The notes: generated by a model from the letters alone, not told the origin. Counted from the stretch's first letter, positions 24,082 to 37,268 are shown. The stretch is DNA of 64,000 bases from Oculina patagonica (GCF_052425735.1 NC_135761.1:8432001-8496000), one strand, 5' to 3'. Translations and numbers: made by a program.

Positions 24082-25354
24082 CAACGACTACACTAAGGCT
24101 AGGCCTGTTGGCGCCCTTAAATTTTATACGACAAGGGATAATATGCAAAAAGGAAACCAAAACACCATAATTAACAAAAATAAAATCATGAAACCTAGGC
24201 TAGATAGAGTAAAGTTTTTTTATACAGAAATCTTAAATGCGAATGGACCTTTTTGGCTAACATTTAGCCTTTCTAGCTACGTTTATTATCTAGAACACGC
24301 GAATGTCTCAATATAATATAACGTGCAATGCTCGACAATGCTTATAGAGTGAATTCAATCAGTTATCCCCTGCAAATAAAAAGCACCACAAAATGGGGCC
24401 TGTTGTTTAGAATTCTACGAAAACAACCATGCAGACGTATCACCCTAAGGCTTTTATAGGCTGGTTGTTTCAATACTCGCGCAGAGCAGTCACCGAATTA
24501 ACACGCAAGTGTGAAAATGATTTTAAGATCGATGGAACGGTATTACAAGTGTTTTTTTTGTCATATGCGCACTGTAACTGCTGAAAAGTAGATTGTTCTT
24601 TTAAAATTCGTGTCGACTTTCACTGGTTTCTGTAGGTTTTAGCATGTATTGTTATTTTTTTGCTTTAATTTACCTTATTATTTCAAAATTGACTTTGAGT
24701 ATATGGAAGAGTAATCGACAAATTTAAAGGCGACTACCGCGTATGAAAAACTGCTCTTGAGTCATGGAATGCTGCCATAACAACTGAAACGGACAACCGA
24801 CTCCAGCGGCACTACCCAGACAGTACTAGGTTCTCACAAAAATTTTCAATAAGCATTTTTTTTTTAATAGCGGAGCCCCATACTAATAGAAGCCATATAC
24901 ATTTGTTTCTTCATGGTCATGAAGGTCATGAAGGCTAGCGGCATGGTTTGCGCGTGCGTGCGTACGTACGTCGCTAAATAGTCTAAATACGGCGCCCATT
25001 GGCCAAATGGTCGATCTAGGCATGCAGCCTCGCCTTGGTTATCCTTCATATTGGAGATCCATGTTATGTTCAATTGACGGCTGTCAAAGGAATTTCACTT
25101 TGTTGATTTCTTTTCTGAAGTCACTGCGTTCAGTCGCTATAGTTTGTGTGAGTGAATATGTTGACAGCCCAATAAGCAGGACAGTCGCAAAACGCACTAG
25201 CGCATATTACTATCAAGATTTTTTTTTTTCATACATGGCATGTTTTTTTAAAAATATAGTTTAACTTCTGGACGTCCTTGCACTAAGTTGACCGAAGCGC
25301 ATTTCGTTTTAAAAGTATTATAAAGCAAATGATTTTGCAGTGGACGTCAGCTAA

Positions 25355-25426
25355 TCCCACGTGGTCTAGTGGTTAGGATTCGGCGCTCTCACCGCCGCGG
25401 CCCGGGTTCGATTCCCGGCGTGGGAA
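25355..25426 (+). tRNA. tRNA-Glu(CTC)
   Basis: TCCCACG acceptor stem, CGGCG-CT-CTC-AC-CGCCG anticodon arm, GGTTCGATTCC T-arm, T-run Pol III terminator just downstream. Confidence 0.97.
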
Positions 25427-26126
25427 TGTTAACATTTTTTTCTCTCGCCCTATTTAGGGATATAAAAAGGAAACTGCAACCTCGGCGATGAAAAAATGTT
25501 TATTTTTGGGTTCGTTAAAGTTATTGCCTGGATCAGATGCTGATTCAAACTTGACCTGAAGCATGTGTGAATCTCTAGTTTATTAAGATAATAACAAGCA
25601 TTAAACGTTGCAGTGTTAGCCGGTAATATGTACTTGCCCTAACACTTTCACTTTTGAATTAGTTTAACAAACCTTTCCTTGGTGCCCTCTTTGCGTTTTA
25701 CAATATATATTTTTAGGTAGTTATTTTCTTGTAGCTAGACTGTAAACAGTAGGCATAATTTTTTGAAGAAACTGTTTCTGATTTTGATTGTTATTATCTG
25801 TCTCTAGTTGCGCGATTTAGTCTCGTCGGGAATTTGAAGCCCTCGCAAACGTTTACTCAAACAAAGCAGGTAGTAAACTGAGTCTGGTCTGCATAAAATA
25901 TAGGGTAGGGATAATCGCCGTGATACTTTGGTATGAAATGGTGGCTCGCCGCTCAAAAAAGGGGCCAAAAAGGGTCCGAGTATATATACTGTTCCCGATG
26001 GTCGGTCGTGATATTTTATATTTCGTATAAGATTTTTACAAGTAGACGGAAAGTATTGTCAAGAGCGCACTCGATAAGAACTCAAAGTATTTTCTTTCGC
26101 TACGGCTCCTTTTTAATCAAGCCCTA

Positions 26127-26483
26127 GGCCCCATCCACATTATTCCAGATAAATTGGAAAACAGAGAAACTTGAAAACGCCGTATAAAATTTTCCCGTCC
26201 ACACTAGCCCGGACAAATTTTAAAACGCATCTGTTTTGGTCAAAAACGGATAAAGTGCGTTTTTAAATACCCAATTTGAAGAGCGTTTGTCTAAGTTCCG
26301 TTTTTAAAATGTTTTCTGTCTACACTAAAACGCAAAGCCGGCGATTTCAAATAAATCCTCTGTGAAGAGCGTTTTCGAAAAGTTCCGTTTTCGATGGACA
26401 TTAATAAGGATAAGTGTGGACGGTTGGCTAAACCGGAGAAAAAAGACTGCGTTTTCAAATTTATCCGGAGTGTGGACGGGGCC
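26127..26483. mobile_element. PIF/Harbinger-type MITE
   Basis: GGCCCCATCCACA ... TGTGGACGGGGCC termini with internal AAAACG/CGTTTT repeats. Confidence 0.6.
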
Positions 26484-26932
26484 GTCAGAATCAATTTACG
26501 TCTTTTATTTTTTCCATCACCTTTAAACTGATTAATGGAAAAAACTTCAAAGACAACATCTGCTTCCTTCCGTTTGTTAAAGGTGTTTGTCCTAAGGATG
26601 AGATTTAGTTTAATTTTTCACGCTTTTTAATCGACGAAATTTAAAACTAGGAGGCTTTTAATTTGTGATTAGTAAGTCCGCGAACGCAGAAGGATTTCCT
26701 CCTGTTTCATACGCCGCCGACGAAAACGAACTGAACAGGCGGAAATCCGTCTGTGTTCTCAGGCTACGAAAAGGTGTAATCATTTCCAAATATTTGACTT
26801 GAATAAAAAAGGAATTAGAAAGTTTCAAATCATTCAACAATATGGCCGGCAGTGTAATATAGTTTACTTGTGACATTGTCTTGGGATTTTGGCAGAGCAC
26901 GCTTTTATTTGCTGTTATTGGTTTTCTTCGCC

Positions 26933-27823
26933 ATGAACAAAACTCATTTATCTTGCTCCATCGTCGGCGTAAATGTGGAACAATCGAAAGATACCGAAAT
27001 CACAAATATCCTAACATGTGTTCTTAACTCGGCGTTTTGTCTAATAACGTGTATGGGAAACTCTATGATTCTACATGTGATCCGAAAAACACAGGAACTT
27101 CACTCGCCATCTTTTGCGTTTTTGTTTTGCCTCGCGGCTTCGGATCTCTTTGTCGGACTGATTTGTCAGCCATTTTTCGTGGCGTACAAGGTAGCTGAAC
27201 TTGGGAATGATTTTAATGTATACTGTACCTTGAGGATGATTCAAAGCTTATCAAGCTGGACAACGTCTGGTGTATCTTTGTTAATTTTAAGCGGAGTCTC
27301 CATCGATCGTCTACTCGCTTTAACTCTTCATTTACGATACAACATGGTTGTTACTATCCCTCGCGTAATTCAAACCGCTGTTTGCCTCTGGATCTTTGCT
27401 ATAACTGTGGTAATATCCAGATTTTGGATGAAAAAGTGGATTGTTATTCCAGCGGGGATATTAGCTCTGACATTTTTTGTCACAACCGCGAGCACCTTGA
27501 AAATATTTCAGATCGTTCGCAGACATCGGCGCCAGATAAGTCAGCAACAGCAATGTGTTCAAATCAACACGGTAAACGTGCTTAGATGTAGAAAATCTGC
27601 TGTGACCGTACTTTATGTTTATGGATTGTTTTTGATTTTTTATCTTCCATTTTTGGTGACGATGTTCGTGGACTCTTTTGTTGGATACACAAGAACAGTG
27701 AAAATTGCCTATGACTATACTTCAACTGTTGTTTTTATTAACTCTTCCTTGAATCCACTTGTTTACTGCTGGAGAATTAAAGCGATACGACGAGCAGTTA
27801 AAAATACTCTGCGAAAAAACTAA
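26933..27823 (+). CDS. Intronless class A orphan GPCR, copy 2 (296 aa)
   Basis: gccATG at 26933; LAASD, SIDRL, FYLP, NSSLNPLVYCWR motifs; closest in sequence to copy 1. Confidence 0.93.
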   Translation: MNKTHLSCSIVGVNVEQSKDTEITNILTCVLNSAFCLITCMGNSMILHVIRKTQELHSPSFAFLFCLAASDLFVGLICQPFFVAYKVAELGNDFNVYCTLRMIQSLSSWTTSGVSLLILSGVSIDRLLALTLHLRYNMVVTIPRVIQTAVCLWIFAITVVISRFWMKKWIVIPAGILALTFFVTTASTLKIFQIVRRHRRQISQQQQCVQINTVNVLRCRKSAVTVLYVYGLFLIFYLPFLVTMFVDSFVGYTRTVKIAYDYTSTVVFINSSLNPLVYCWRIKAIRRAVKNTLRKN

Positions 27824-28170
27824 ACTCTGATTAGCCTATTAAAAAATTGGTAAATTTTCGAAGTACACTCTTTTTTGTAAGAACGCGTAATATTTGGATT
27901 ACCCTGAGGATGTTCTTATTTTAACCCATACATTTTCTTAAATTTTGAGGCAAATCTCAGTCTCAACGTTCTTATAAAAATGGTTTTTATAAAATAAAAA
28001 GAGTGTAGCCTAGCCGAGTAAATTAACTTTTCATATATCTAAGTGTAATTGAAAAGCCCTGTATTGATATAAATAGAACGAAGAATACTCATCGGATATA
28101 CCGAATATATCGACGGTTCGCAATGCGCAAATTATGCCATCAATGGAAGCAAATCTCAAACAAACCTTTT

Positions 28171-29105
28171 CATAGGCGTACGAGGCGGGGGGGCGAGGGG
28201 GGCTGCAGCCCCCCCCAGTGCCAAAATTTTTCGGGCAAAACGCTAAGAATTCGGGTAGCCTGCGAGCAGGCTCACCTTGGGGCACACATGAGAGCTACAG
28301 AAGAGCGGCGAAGCCGCGACACGTGAGCGGCGAAGCCGCGACAGCGAGCGGCGTCCGCCGCGCAGTTATCGCGCTACGCTCGCCACTCGCGTGTGCCCCA
28401 AGGTATATTTGCGCGTGCCCCTACGTGAGCCTGCTCGCAGGCTAGAATTCGGGCAACAAGCCAGAGAAAAAATAGAAAATAAGCAGACAAATCTCAAAAT
28501 TACAATCAAAACGAATTATATAAACAAAAAAAAAATATTGGAAATATACCGAACTTTGTGGTTCAAATTTCCAAAAAAGTCCAAATTTCTTATTAATCTG
28601 CTTTCGTTTCCTCTTGCAAATTGCTATTATCATATTTGATTTTCTCGCAAATTCTGCATGATTCAGCTGCAATCAACTTTTCCATAGTTTGAACGTTTGC
28701 GAGCGGTGGACCCAAAAACAAAGCTGCGATACGGTTACAAATGTAAGGAAGCTAATACTTTTGACTCAAATGAGCTCAAAACTTTCAACAATATGTTTCA
28801 ACCCGTTCATCTTCTAAATGTTTCACGCATTTTAAATAACTTTCAAGTGGGGGAAAACAATGTAAATTGCCTCCCAAAAATGCTTTTATTTTTTGCTGAG
28901 TTAAAGTGAAAAATACAAATTTCCGAAGAAAAAGGATTCAGTGCATTGACATCTTTGGGCAACGTCACGAGATTAATTTAACGCACGTTCTGTTGTCTAC
29001 ATGCATTTCTTTTGCCTGTTTATTTGGCTTTCAACCCATGCCATTTTTTTTTTCGGGCAACAAGGTCTCCGCCCCCCCAGGACCGAAGGTGCCCGTACGC
29101 CTATG
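28171..29105. mobile_element. hAT-type MITE with 8-bp TSD, carrying a nested element
   Basis: TIR CATAGGCGTACG / CGTACGCCTATG; TSD AACCTTTT at 28163-28170 and 29106-29113. Confidence 0.85.
28256..28444. mobile_element. Nested palindromic MITE with 9-bp TSD
   Basis: TAGCCTGCGAGCAGGCTCAC / GTGAGCCTGCTCGCAGGCTA; TSD GAATTCGGG at 28247-28255 and 28445-28453. Confidence 0.88.
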
Positions 29106-30517
29106 AACCTTTTGTATAGATACAGCAGTGTCCTTGAGGTGTCAGTGTTAATTGTAAGTTGCACTAGATGTGTTATGTAATTTGCATGTGGGTTTTTTTA
29201 TTGACCGTAATCAAAAGAAAAAATGACGCTACGTATTGACTCAACAAAACTTTGGAATTGCGAATTTTCTTAGCAAGATTGAGCGACCATTTAATAAAGT
29301 GATTTTCCGATTTTTTTTTTAAATAGCGATATCATGTAAACCCGATTTTTATGAACATAGAGCTAAGATGGAAATAACTGTTCAATAAACGAACAAACTC
29401 ACTTAAAACTGAACAATTTTATAAGGCGGTGATCCATTTTCTTGAATAATTTTTCAAGTCGACTATATTTTAATTTGTTTTTATTTTCTTCATGGTGGGC
29501 GTGAGGGGCGGGAGTGTACTTTTATTGAACGAGTATTATATTTGACCGAGACAAGTTTTTAGCGATAGTCGACGTTGATGACAGTACAAACTCTTGCTGT
29601 CATCATCGGACTTTCTTCCCCCATTAGATTAAAACCCTTTTAAATTTTATGACAAACTACGAAAGATTTCGTATGATTTCCACTCACGTACTCGTAGCCC
29701 GTTTGACCACTGATCGATGATCAATTCTCCGATTGAGAGTTGAAATGGCCTCTTCTTCAACCCCAATGTTCATCTTCAATTTTCCTCGAGTGTTGTTCTT
29801 GTTTGATTTGGGCTTGATTGCCACGAATGAGGGCAGGAGACTAGCATTTTTTTGATCTGGCAGATTAGGTAAAACTTTTATTTATACATTTGAACTATTA
29901 AAATTAAAACAAGTTTTTTAAGGCTTTGTGTTTTGAAAAAAAATGGGCATATAATTTACCGACAAATCTGAAGATTATCAAGTTAAAACAAATATGATAT
30001 AATTATTATTTGCTTTGATGTCTCGCCAGTCGTAGAATTTTTGATTAGTCAATCAAGTTAGAGAACAAAACAAATTGTGATCATATCCCTCGCTTTTCAC
30101 TATTGCCTTCTGATCTGACGTGGAGTAAAAGCCATTTTAATAAGAAATCCCCTCATGAACAGGAGAGACAAGAAAACCCCGCGTTACGTCCAGCTCTATA
30201 ATGCGACTACGTACCGGATGGCCACTTTATTATAGCCTGAAGAAAAGCTCAGTGAGTCATTTTCTTATGTAAGAACCCTTTTTTACGGTCACCCGGTTAA
30301 TACCACTAAAGTTTGATGGCCTGAGCCATGAGGTCCCGGATTATTTCGGTTTTAAGGACCAAATTAACCGTATAGTAAAAAATTGTTTCAAATCCATTCA
30401 AGATTGAAAGTCCACAACATTTTTCACAACTATAATCTTTTTAGTAAGAATGGAGGATTATTATGAAATTTTCACGACATCAAATCTTTGCGTTTTTTCA
30501 TGATGTTTTTTGAAATA

Positions 30518-30822
30518 CATTCTCGTCCCCATAGGCCCTTTCGTTTCTCTTAGCCGACTTGGCACGAGAAAACGGAGGGCTCTGGGGACACAGGATTTTT
30601 GAATTAAATCGAATTTTTTGATTGGCTGTTTGGATCAAAGAATTCCTAAACGGAAGTCGAAAACGTAACGACTCTCTCATACATTCTTTGAAACGTCATG
30701 ATTGCATACATGAAGACCGGAAGTCCTAGACTCTAGGACTGGAAATCCTGTGTCCCCAGATCCCTTCGTTTCCTCGTGCCAAGGCTCAGCCGGCTAAGAG
30801 AAACGAAAGGGCTATGGGGAAA
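30518..30822. mobile_element. Palindromic MITE (longer relative of 10287-10414), just upstream of the P4H gene
   Basis: Same CATTCTCGTCCCCATAG..CTTAGCCG..GGCACGAG arms; right tip eroded; TTGAAATA repeated on both flanks. Confidence 0.75.
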
Positions 30823-31199
30823 TTGAAATAGCGAAAGCTTGATAATGCGAGCAAATTCGCAAATTTCAAATGCCACGAAATATTGGCCTTCAAATATATG
30901 GAAATATTAAAAGTTCCCGGCTATCTCTTATCCACGGTGATTCGTGCTCGTTTGAATATCCTCGATCCCAGGCTCTCTCTCAACTTTTTTCCTTGACAAG
31001 GGAAGAAAAAAGGGAGCGTGTTTTTGCGCTGTCTGGTCCTGTTGTTTGAACAAAATAACCACATGTAACATGGACAGAACGACAACCAACACTGGTATGA
31101 AAAACCTGTAACCGTAAAAGATGCATAATTACTCGTAGTTATATAGTTTCACGCAACCTTGTAGCACGCCAGACTTAACTTTAGCGTATTCAAAACAAT

Positions 31200-34100
31200 A
31201 TGAATTTCTCTTGTATTCTGGGTGTTGTTTCTTTCTTCTTTCAACTTTGTGCTTCAGAAAAAGAGCTTAAAAGGCGGCGGAAAATGTTTGTAAGACCATG
31301 CTTCGCTGAAGATGAACCTAATCGTTTAACTTGTTCACATCCAGAGGAAGATTGCGACGAGGAAACTAGCGACTTAAGACTTGTTCGCTTGGAGGCTTCA
31401 AGGGTAAGTTTTCGCAATTGTTTAAAATAACTCGGAGTGATCGAGGTAATACGAATCAGTGTTATATGATAAGAACTGTGTGTCTGATAAGTCATCTAGC
31501 TGAGCATGACAATCAGTTTACAAAATACCAGCTTTGCGTTAACGAAAATATTTCCTTTATAGTTGAAGGGATTAGTAAATATTGCCTTGAATAGGGTTAG
31601 CAGGTCACAAGTCCGCCATACATCAATAAGGAAATATTCTCTCTTATTTTCATAGCTGCCGCTGTTCTAGAAATTAAATAATCACTTAAGTTTTGCCAGC
31701 GCTTTGTCAATAACTAGAGAAACGTGTTTTTTCCTTTCATTTTCTAATACAAATTAAAGATTTGACTCTCCTAACATACATTGTGGATGACGTGAACAAA
31801 GGAAACGTATAAACCGGTAAATTGTCTTGAAAGTCGGTAAGGAAAATATTATTGCTTTGTTGGTTCACTTCAGTTTGGTTAGCCGTATGTCTTGCAAGCA
31901 CATGTTCTTGTGAAGGAGCCGTTTTTCTTTTTTCTTCACCGTGCTGTGATGAAACACGTGTTTATGACTTAACTGTTGTATATGGTAGATAGGTCACGTA
32001 CGATGGATGTACCTGGAAGAAGGGAGAAGTTACAAGGTGATCACAAGAGCCTTGAAACCTTTACTGTTCGGTGAGTTAGGATATTTGGTTTTTGTAATAT
32101 ATAGATCTACAATGCAAGTCAAAAGTAGTTGGGACACTTGTTAAAGCATTTTTTAATTATACAAGATATTTTTCGTACTACTCTCTTTGTCCTCGCTTCC
32201 CTTCAACCAAGAATTTTGGTGTATTGGATGGTCAATTCACAACATTGCTTGCGGGAGAGGGGGCTAGCAATCATTTTCCCTGAATTGTGCCAAGTGTGCC
32301 AACACTTATGACCTGATAGCGCACTGAATATAAAGCTCTCGTTTTAAAGATGCTCGTTATCCAGAAACGCCATTCTTAGACCTGGTAAACAAAGAATTTC
32401 TACGGTACCTAACAAAAAACTAATTCCCCGGTTTTCATTTTCTCAAGAAATCCCTGATTTTCTATCGGACCAGGAGTGTCAGCAGATCATTTCACTGGCG
32501 AAGGAGGGTGGCCTGAGCATGAGTAAAGCAGGGCATCAGTCATACGAAGGAGACTTGGACGAGGTCATGGAGGAGGGTGGTATGCATGCTTATTTGTATG
32601 GGCGAAAATTATTGTAATTATTGTAAACAAAATAAAATGCTTGTTCTTTTTCCTCTAAAATTTAAACATCAGCTTTAGCGTTAGCAGAATCGCTATAAAA
32701 AAGTCTCGTTTAAATTCCAAGAGGAAATTTCTGAGTTCCTTTTCAAGTCTTTTCAGTTCTTTCGAAAAGAAAATTCGATATTTATTCACATTTTTATGCA
32801 AATGAAACACAATTATAAAGGAATGATTTACACCAGCACTTGTACTGGCCTATTCTGACTGTCTCGTGCTGAGTTTACACACTTTAAGAAACTAAGAGTT
32901 TCGGAAGATTTACAAATGCAAAGTTTCGCGAGTTATATTCTCGTGGCGCAGTTATTCCGTTCTAACTCATCGTAATCATGACGTCTCAATTTTACGTATA
33001 TTTTCAATTTCATTTTAGACAGAAATGCAACACTTGACCGCAAAGACCATTTTGCTCGAGATTTTAATATCTGGGATGCAAACAAAGATGGCTTTATTGA
33101 TCTTCAAGAGGTAATATAAATGAAACAAGCTATTATAAGTTAAACTAAGGTGTCCTCCTCTGTATACTTTTATCTGGAATGAGGTTCGGATGGCTCCGAT
33201 TATAAGAGACAATTTCCTTGAAATCCACAATCTCACACTTATTGCAGATCAAAGAGTTTGCTCAGAAGCACAAAGCATTGCACTTGAAGAAAGACGAAAT
33301 ACATAAAATGTGAGTATGAGTGGGGTCTCTTCCACGAACTGAAAAAGGGTGGCGGTGGGAGTGAAGGGTGGAGATCCCCTGATTAAAAAGACGTAAGCTG
33401 AAAACCTACATTTTCCCCTCTCTCTCTTCTGAATCTAATACTGGGGCTGAACAACCCAAAAAGCTTGATTTGATTTGAAAATAGAAAAACAATTTCCACG
33501 CCGGGAATCGAACCCGGGCCGCGGCGGTGAGAGCGCCGAATCCTAACCACTAAACCACGTGGGACTTGACAAGAACTAGAAGAGGATCTACGTCTCAAAT
33601 TTAAAAACGTATTTAAGAATCAAAGTAATGGGTTCTGGATTTTAAAGGATTTTAAAGTACTTTGTTTTATTTTGAAAGGCTGCAACGCTCAGGAAAAGCT
33701 GGCAGTCTAGTTAAAGGTAAATTGGGACAAACTGTACGGGTAACTAAAAAAAGACACAAACACAAATACAATAGAACCTTTATTTAAACACGATGAGGGT
33801 TTTGGGGTTGATCATTTTCTGAAAATAAATCAGATCAGGAAACAAAAAGTGCAAAAAGTACAAAAAGTGACTAAATCAGTCTTTTTGGGGCTTACTTAGT
33901 TACTGACTTTTTAAGAAAAAGCTATTTCCTTCTTAAAGAAACTGTTGTCCTGCGTCGGCTCCAGGTAGTGAAACATTAAAGCTGATTTCCAGTCCGTACT
34001 GCGCAGACTCGGGGTTGGTTTTTGTTTTGAATTCGTTGAAACGTTACACTTCGGTGACAGCATACATGAAGTTTTTTAGTCCGCCATTACAGTTCGTTTC

Positions 34101-36154
34101 GTTCAAGAATTTCCGATGAGCTGAAACGTCGGTTTGAAATAGCGTCAAGGTTCTTCTACTCGTATTATTTTTTGCAAGGATATCTGGCGTTAGTAAGCAA
34201 GAAAAAGGTAAGTTTGTCGCGAAATTTTTAGTTTTCTTGTAAACATTCGTTCGTCTGAGGCTCACATAAACATTGCAGCCGAGATTGCGCAGTACGGACT
34301 GGAATTCATCTTTAAGTTGATTACCAACCTTTTACTACTTTAATTTATTAAGTTTATTCAATCAGTAATTAAGCAAAGAAATCGAATTTCACCCCTTAAA
34401 ATAATGATAACGAACATCAGTTGATTTTCAGATAAGATGACAAGAAGGCTTTTCGTTGAGTGGAATATAAAGAAACTTCTTTTGTACATGGAGTTTCTGA
34501 AGACAAAAAGTCCTCGCCATAGATCTCGTTACAGCCAACAGGCCTGGCTGCGTCAGGACAAAATTACCCACCCAGTTTTAAAGGGCATCTATGAACGGTA
34601 AGGGATAGTGATATTTCACTGACCGCACGAGTTAGTGGTCCTTGATAACATCATATTCAAACCAAACTAGCCTCCTCCCAAAGCAACTCCACTGCTAGGG
34701 AAGACTAGGGTCCAACGAAAGGGGGATGAACTAAAAAACTGAACTAGGAACGAAACAAAGTGAACGAGAAGGACTAGAAAGGACGAGTTTTCCTTCCTAG
34801 TCTTTCTCGTTCACTCCCCTTTCGTTGGTACCTTGTCCTCCCTCCGCAGCGGAGTCAGGCCTGCGGAGGAGGCTAGAATCAAAGATGCCTGATATTAAAT
34901 TGCTACAATGTGAGTAAGAAAAGGTACATTTTGTCCACATCTCGCTACGTATTTTACGGCGTCATGAACTCTTTTTACCTTCTCTCACAGAATAGCAAAG
35001 TTAACAAAACTTCCAAGAAAAATCATTCATGGCAGCGAAGCAATGCAGGTAATATCATTATTTTTGGAAAAATCTCCTGCCGAAAAATTAAGCGCTTATT
35101 TATTAACATTCATACTACTCCCACAGTCGAATCTCGTTTATAAGGGCCTCGTAAAGACCGCAGAAAACTAGCTGTTGGTATAATAATTAAGGGGCCTTTT
35201 TTTTCAGAAAACTTTGAGGCAGTGAGCTGCAATCGAAGTCTAAAGCTTATAGGCTTTGATTGAATTTCCTCATTACATCGGGGCTTTGCGGAACGGTATA
35301 CTTTGACAGAGTCAAATTCTTAAAAAAATAAGGTTTCTAGAAAATTGTCTTCATGATTTCATGTATGTCATGTCCTTTACATATTTTCAGGTTGTTCACT
35401 ATGAAAAGTATGGTCATTATCATGCTCATTTCGACACTGGCATAGAACACACCAGCATTCCTTGCTGTCATCAAAATCATGCACACTTGCCATTATGTAA
35501 ACTCTGCAGGTAAGTGGAGTCTGGAACCTACAATTTGCCTCTGGTGACAACAGAATATAAAGCTTTGTAGGCGAAGTTCCCCTTCGAATGAAATTTTAAA
35601 ACTGAATTAAAGTCATTTGACAAGGTTAGATTAGAGATTTCAGGTTAAGGAATCAAGTTAGCGTTGTATTGTATTCAATAAAATTTATTGGGTCTCCCAT
35701 TTGTGTCCGATTCAAAAGATAAATTCCATTTTGCCGTGCGTCTGTTCAGTTATAGATCACAGATGACGTCAAAATTTGGTAAGAACCTTAAGTGGCCAAT
35801 GGGCCGCAGGGAGCTCGAGTTGGTCACTAATGTTCTTACCACATGTTAACGTCTTCTGTGATCTTCAACTGAACAAAAGTTATAGACAAAACAATCATAT
35901 AAAACTCGGGTTTGTAGGCTAGTTGATAAATAATTTGATTTTGTTGTTTGTTCATTCAATAATACATGCATCAACAGATTTATTACAATTCTTTACTACC
36001 TGAATGATGTTGAAGAAGGTGGAGAAACTGCGTTTCCCTTTGCACATAATACAACCATCTCCCGTGAGGTGCGTATGTCTTCGCTTTGTTGGTAGAAACG
36101 CTTGCTGGACAGTATTACTTAATGATTGTTTTAACCCTTATTTTGTTAATTTTA

Positions 36155-36197
<43 letters not shown>

Positions 36198-37268
36198 GTT
36201 TAAAGAAGGTGTTATTTTGACGCATCTGGGCGGGGTTTAACTGATAGCGATAATTGGCCAAGTGAACAAGAGGTGACGCGTTTTCTATCTGATGGCAGAG
36301 ATAAAAGATTTGAAAAATTTGCAAAAAGTTGGCAGAAAATTTTAAATGATAGCTGAGAACTTGCTGACAGATTAAACGATAACTGAGATTATAGCACCCC
36401 ATCTACACCCTCTTTCAGGAATACACNNNNNNNNNNNNNNNNNNNNNNNNNNNNNNNNNNNNNNNNNNNNNNNNNNNNNNNNNNNNNNNNNNNNNNNNNN
36501 NNNNNNNNNNNNNNNNNNNNNNNNNNNNNNNNNNNNNNNNNNNNNNNNNNNNNNNNNNNNNNNNNNNNNNNNNNNNNNNNNNNNNNNNNNNNNNNNNNNN
36601 NNNNNNNNNNNNNNNNNNNNNNNNNNNNNNNNNNNNNNNNNNNNNNNNNNNNNCCATGCCATAAAACACAGAAGGCTTTAAAATCTCCTTCCATCCACTA
36701 TGATTTGCTGCTTAAGCTCTTGCAGTCGCCCAGCTGTTCACCTTTCATCCTCAACCATTCATCTCCATGTTGTTATTGTCGACCTGGACTTCTTCTCCCC
36801 TTTTGCCTCCACTCAAAAGCTGTAACGCAGTGCTTACATTACTTCGTGCACAGTTTCAAAATTGCGTTCGACTTTTTAAGTCGGATTGACCGATTTCTTT
36901 TAGACAAATCAGTTTTGTTAAATACGGAGATTTCGCTGGTTTGGTGTTTGTTACTTTACTTAAGTGTCAGATAATAAATGGTCGTCTACTCCTGTTTGTG
37001 ATAGGGGTTGGAAAATATGAACGCCGATGACTTCAACCTAAGCACGAATTGTCACTCAGCAAACCTGGTTTTTCCTGCAAAGAAAGGCACCGCTATCATG
37101 TGGTACAACAACTTCATCGATCAGGACAGCGGTCTTCTTGGAACGTTAGACTTACAATCTCTTCACGGTGGATGTGATGTCACTAAAGGAGAGAAATGGA
37201 TCGCTAACAGCTGGTTGACGGCGCCAACTAAGGAATCGAGACATATAAAGAGTATTTATCAAGCTTGA
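31200..37268 (+). CDS. P4HTM: P4HTM-like prolyl 4-hydroxylase (EF-hand plus 2OG-Fe(II) oxygenase), 11 exons, ~435 aa
   Basis: Manually spliced GT-AG exons with consistent phases: 31200-31403, 31989-32070, 32448-32579, 33019-33110, 33248-33309, 33679-33716, 34432-34597, 34991-35048, 35391-35509, 35978-36068, 37005-37268. Motifs KPLLFEIPDFLSDQEC, EF-hand DANKDGFIDLQE, RYSQQAWL, YHAHFD, YLNDVEEGGETAFP, LHGGCDVTKGEKWIANSW. The symbol denotes family, not proven orthology. Confidence 0.88.
33493..33564 (-). tRNA. tRNA-Glu(CTC), variant copy, antisense in P4H intron 5
   Basis: Two substitutions relative to the 25355 copy: G71A (C2:A71 mismatch) and C12T (wobble pair). Confidence 0.85.
33980..34311. 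mobile_element. MITE in P4H intron 6
   Basis: TTAA|AGCTGATTTCCAGTCCGTACTGCGCA ... TGCGCAGTACGGACTGGAATTCATCT|TTAA. Confidence 0.75.
36427..36653. other. Assembly gap (227 N) in the last P4H intron
   Basis: Run of N. Confidence 1.

Noticed and set aside
26870-26932. N-terminal extensions of GPCR ORFs in the ORF track (also 43359, 60607, 5318)
   Set aside because: They start at GTG/TTG and are not conserved among paralogues; the homologous ATG lies downstream.
36115-36694. Poly-Lys, poly-Phe and X-containing ORFs
   Set aside because: Artefacts of a long T run and the N gap within a P4H intron.
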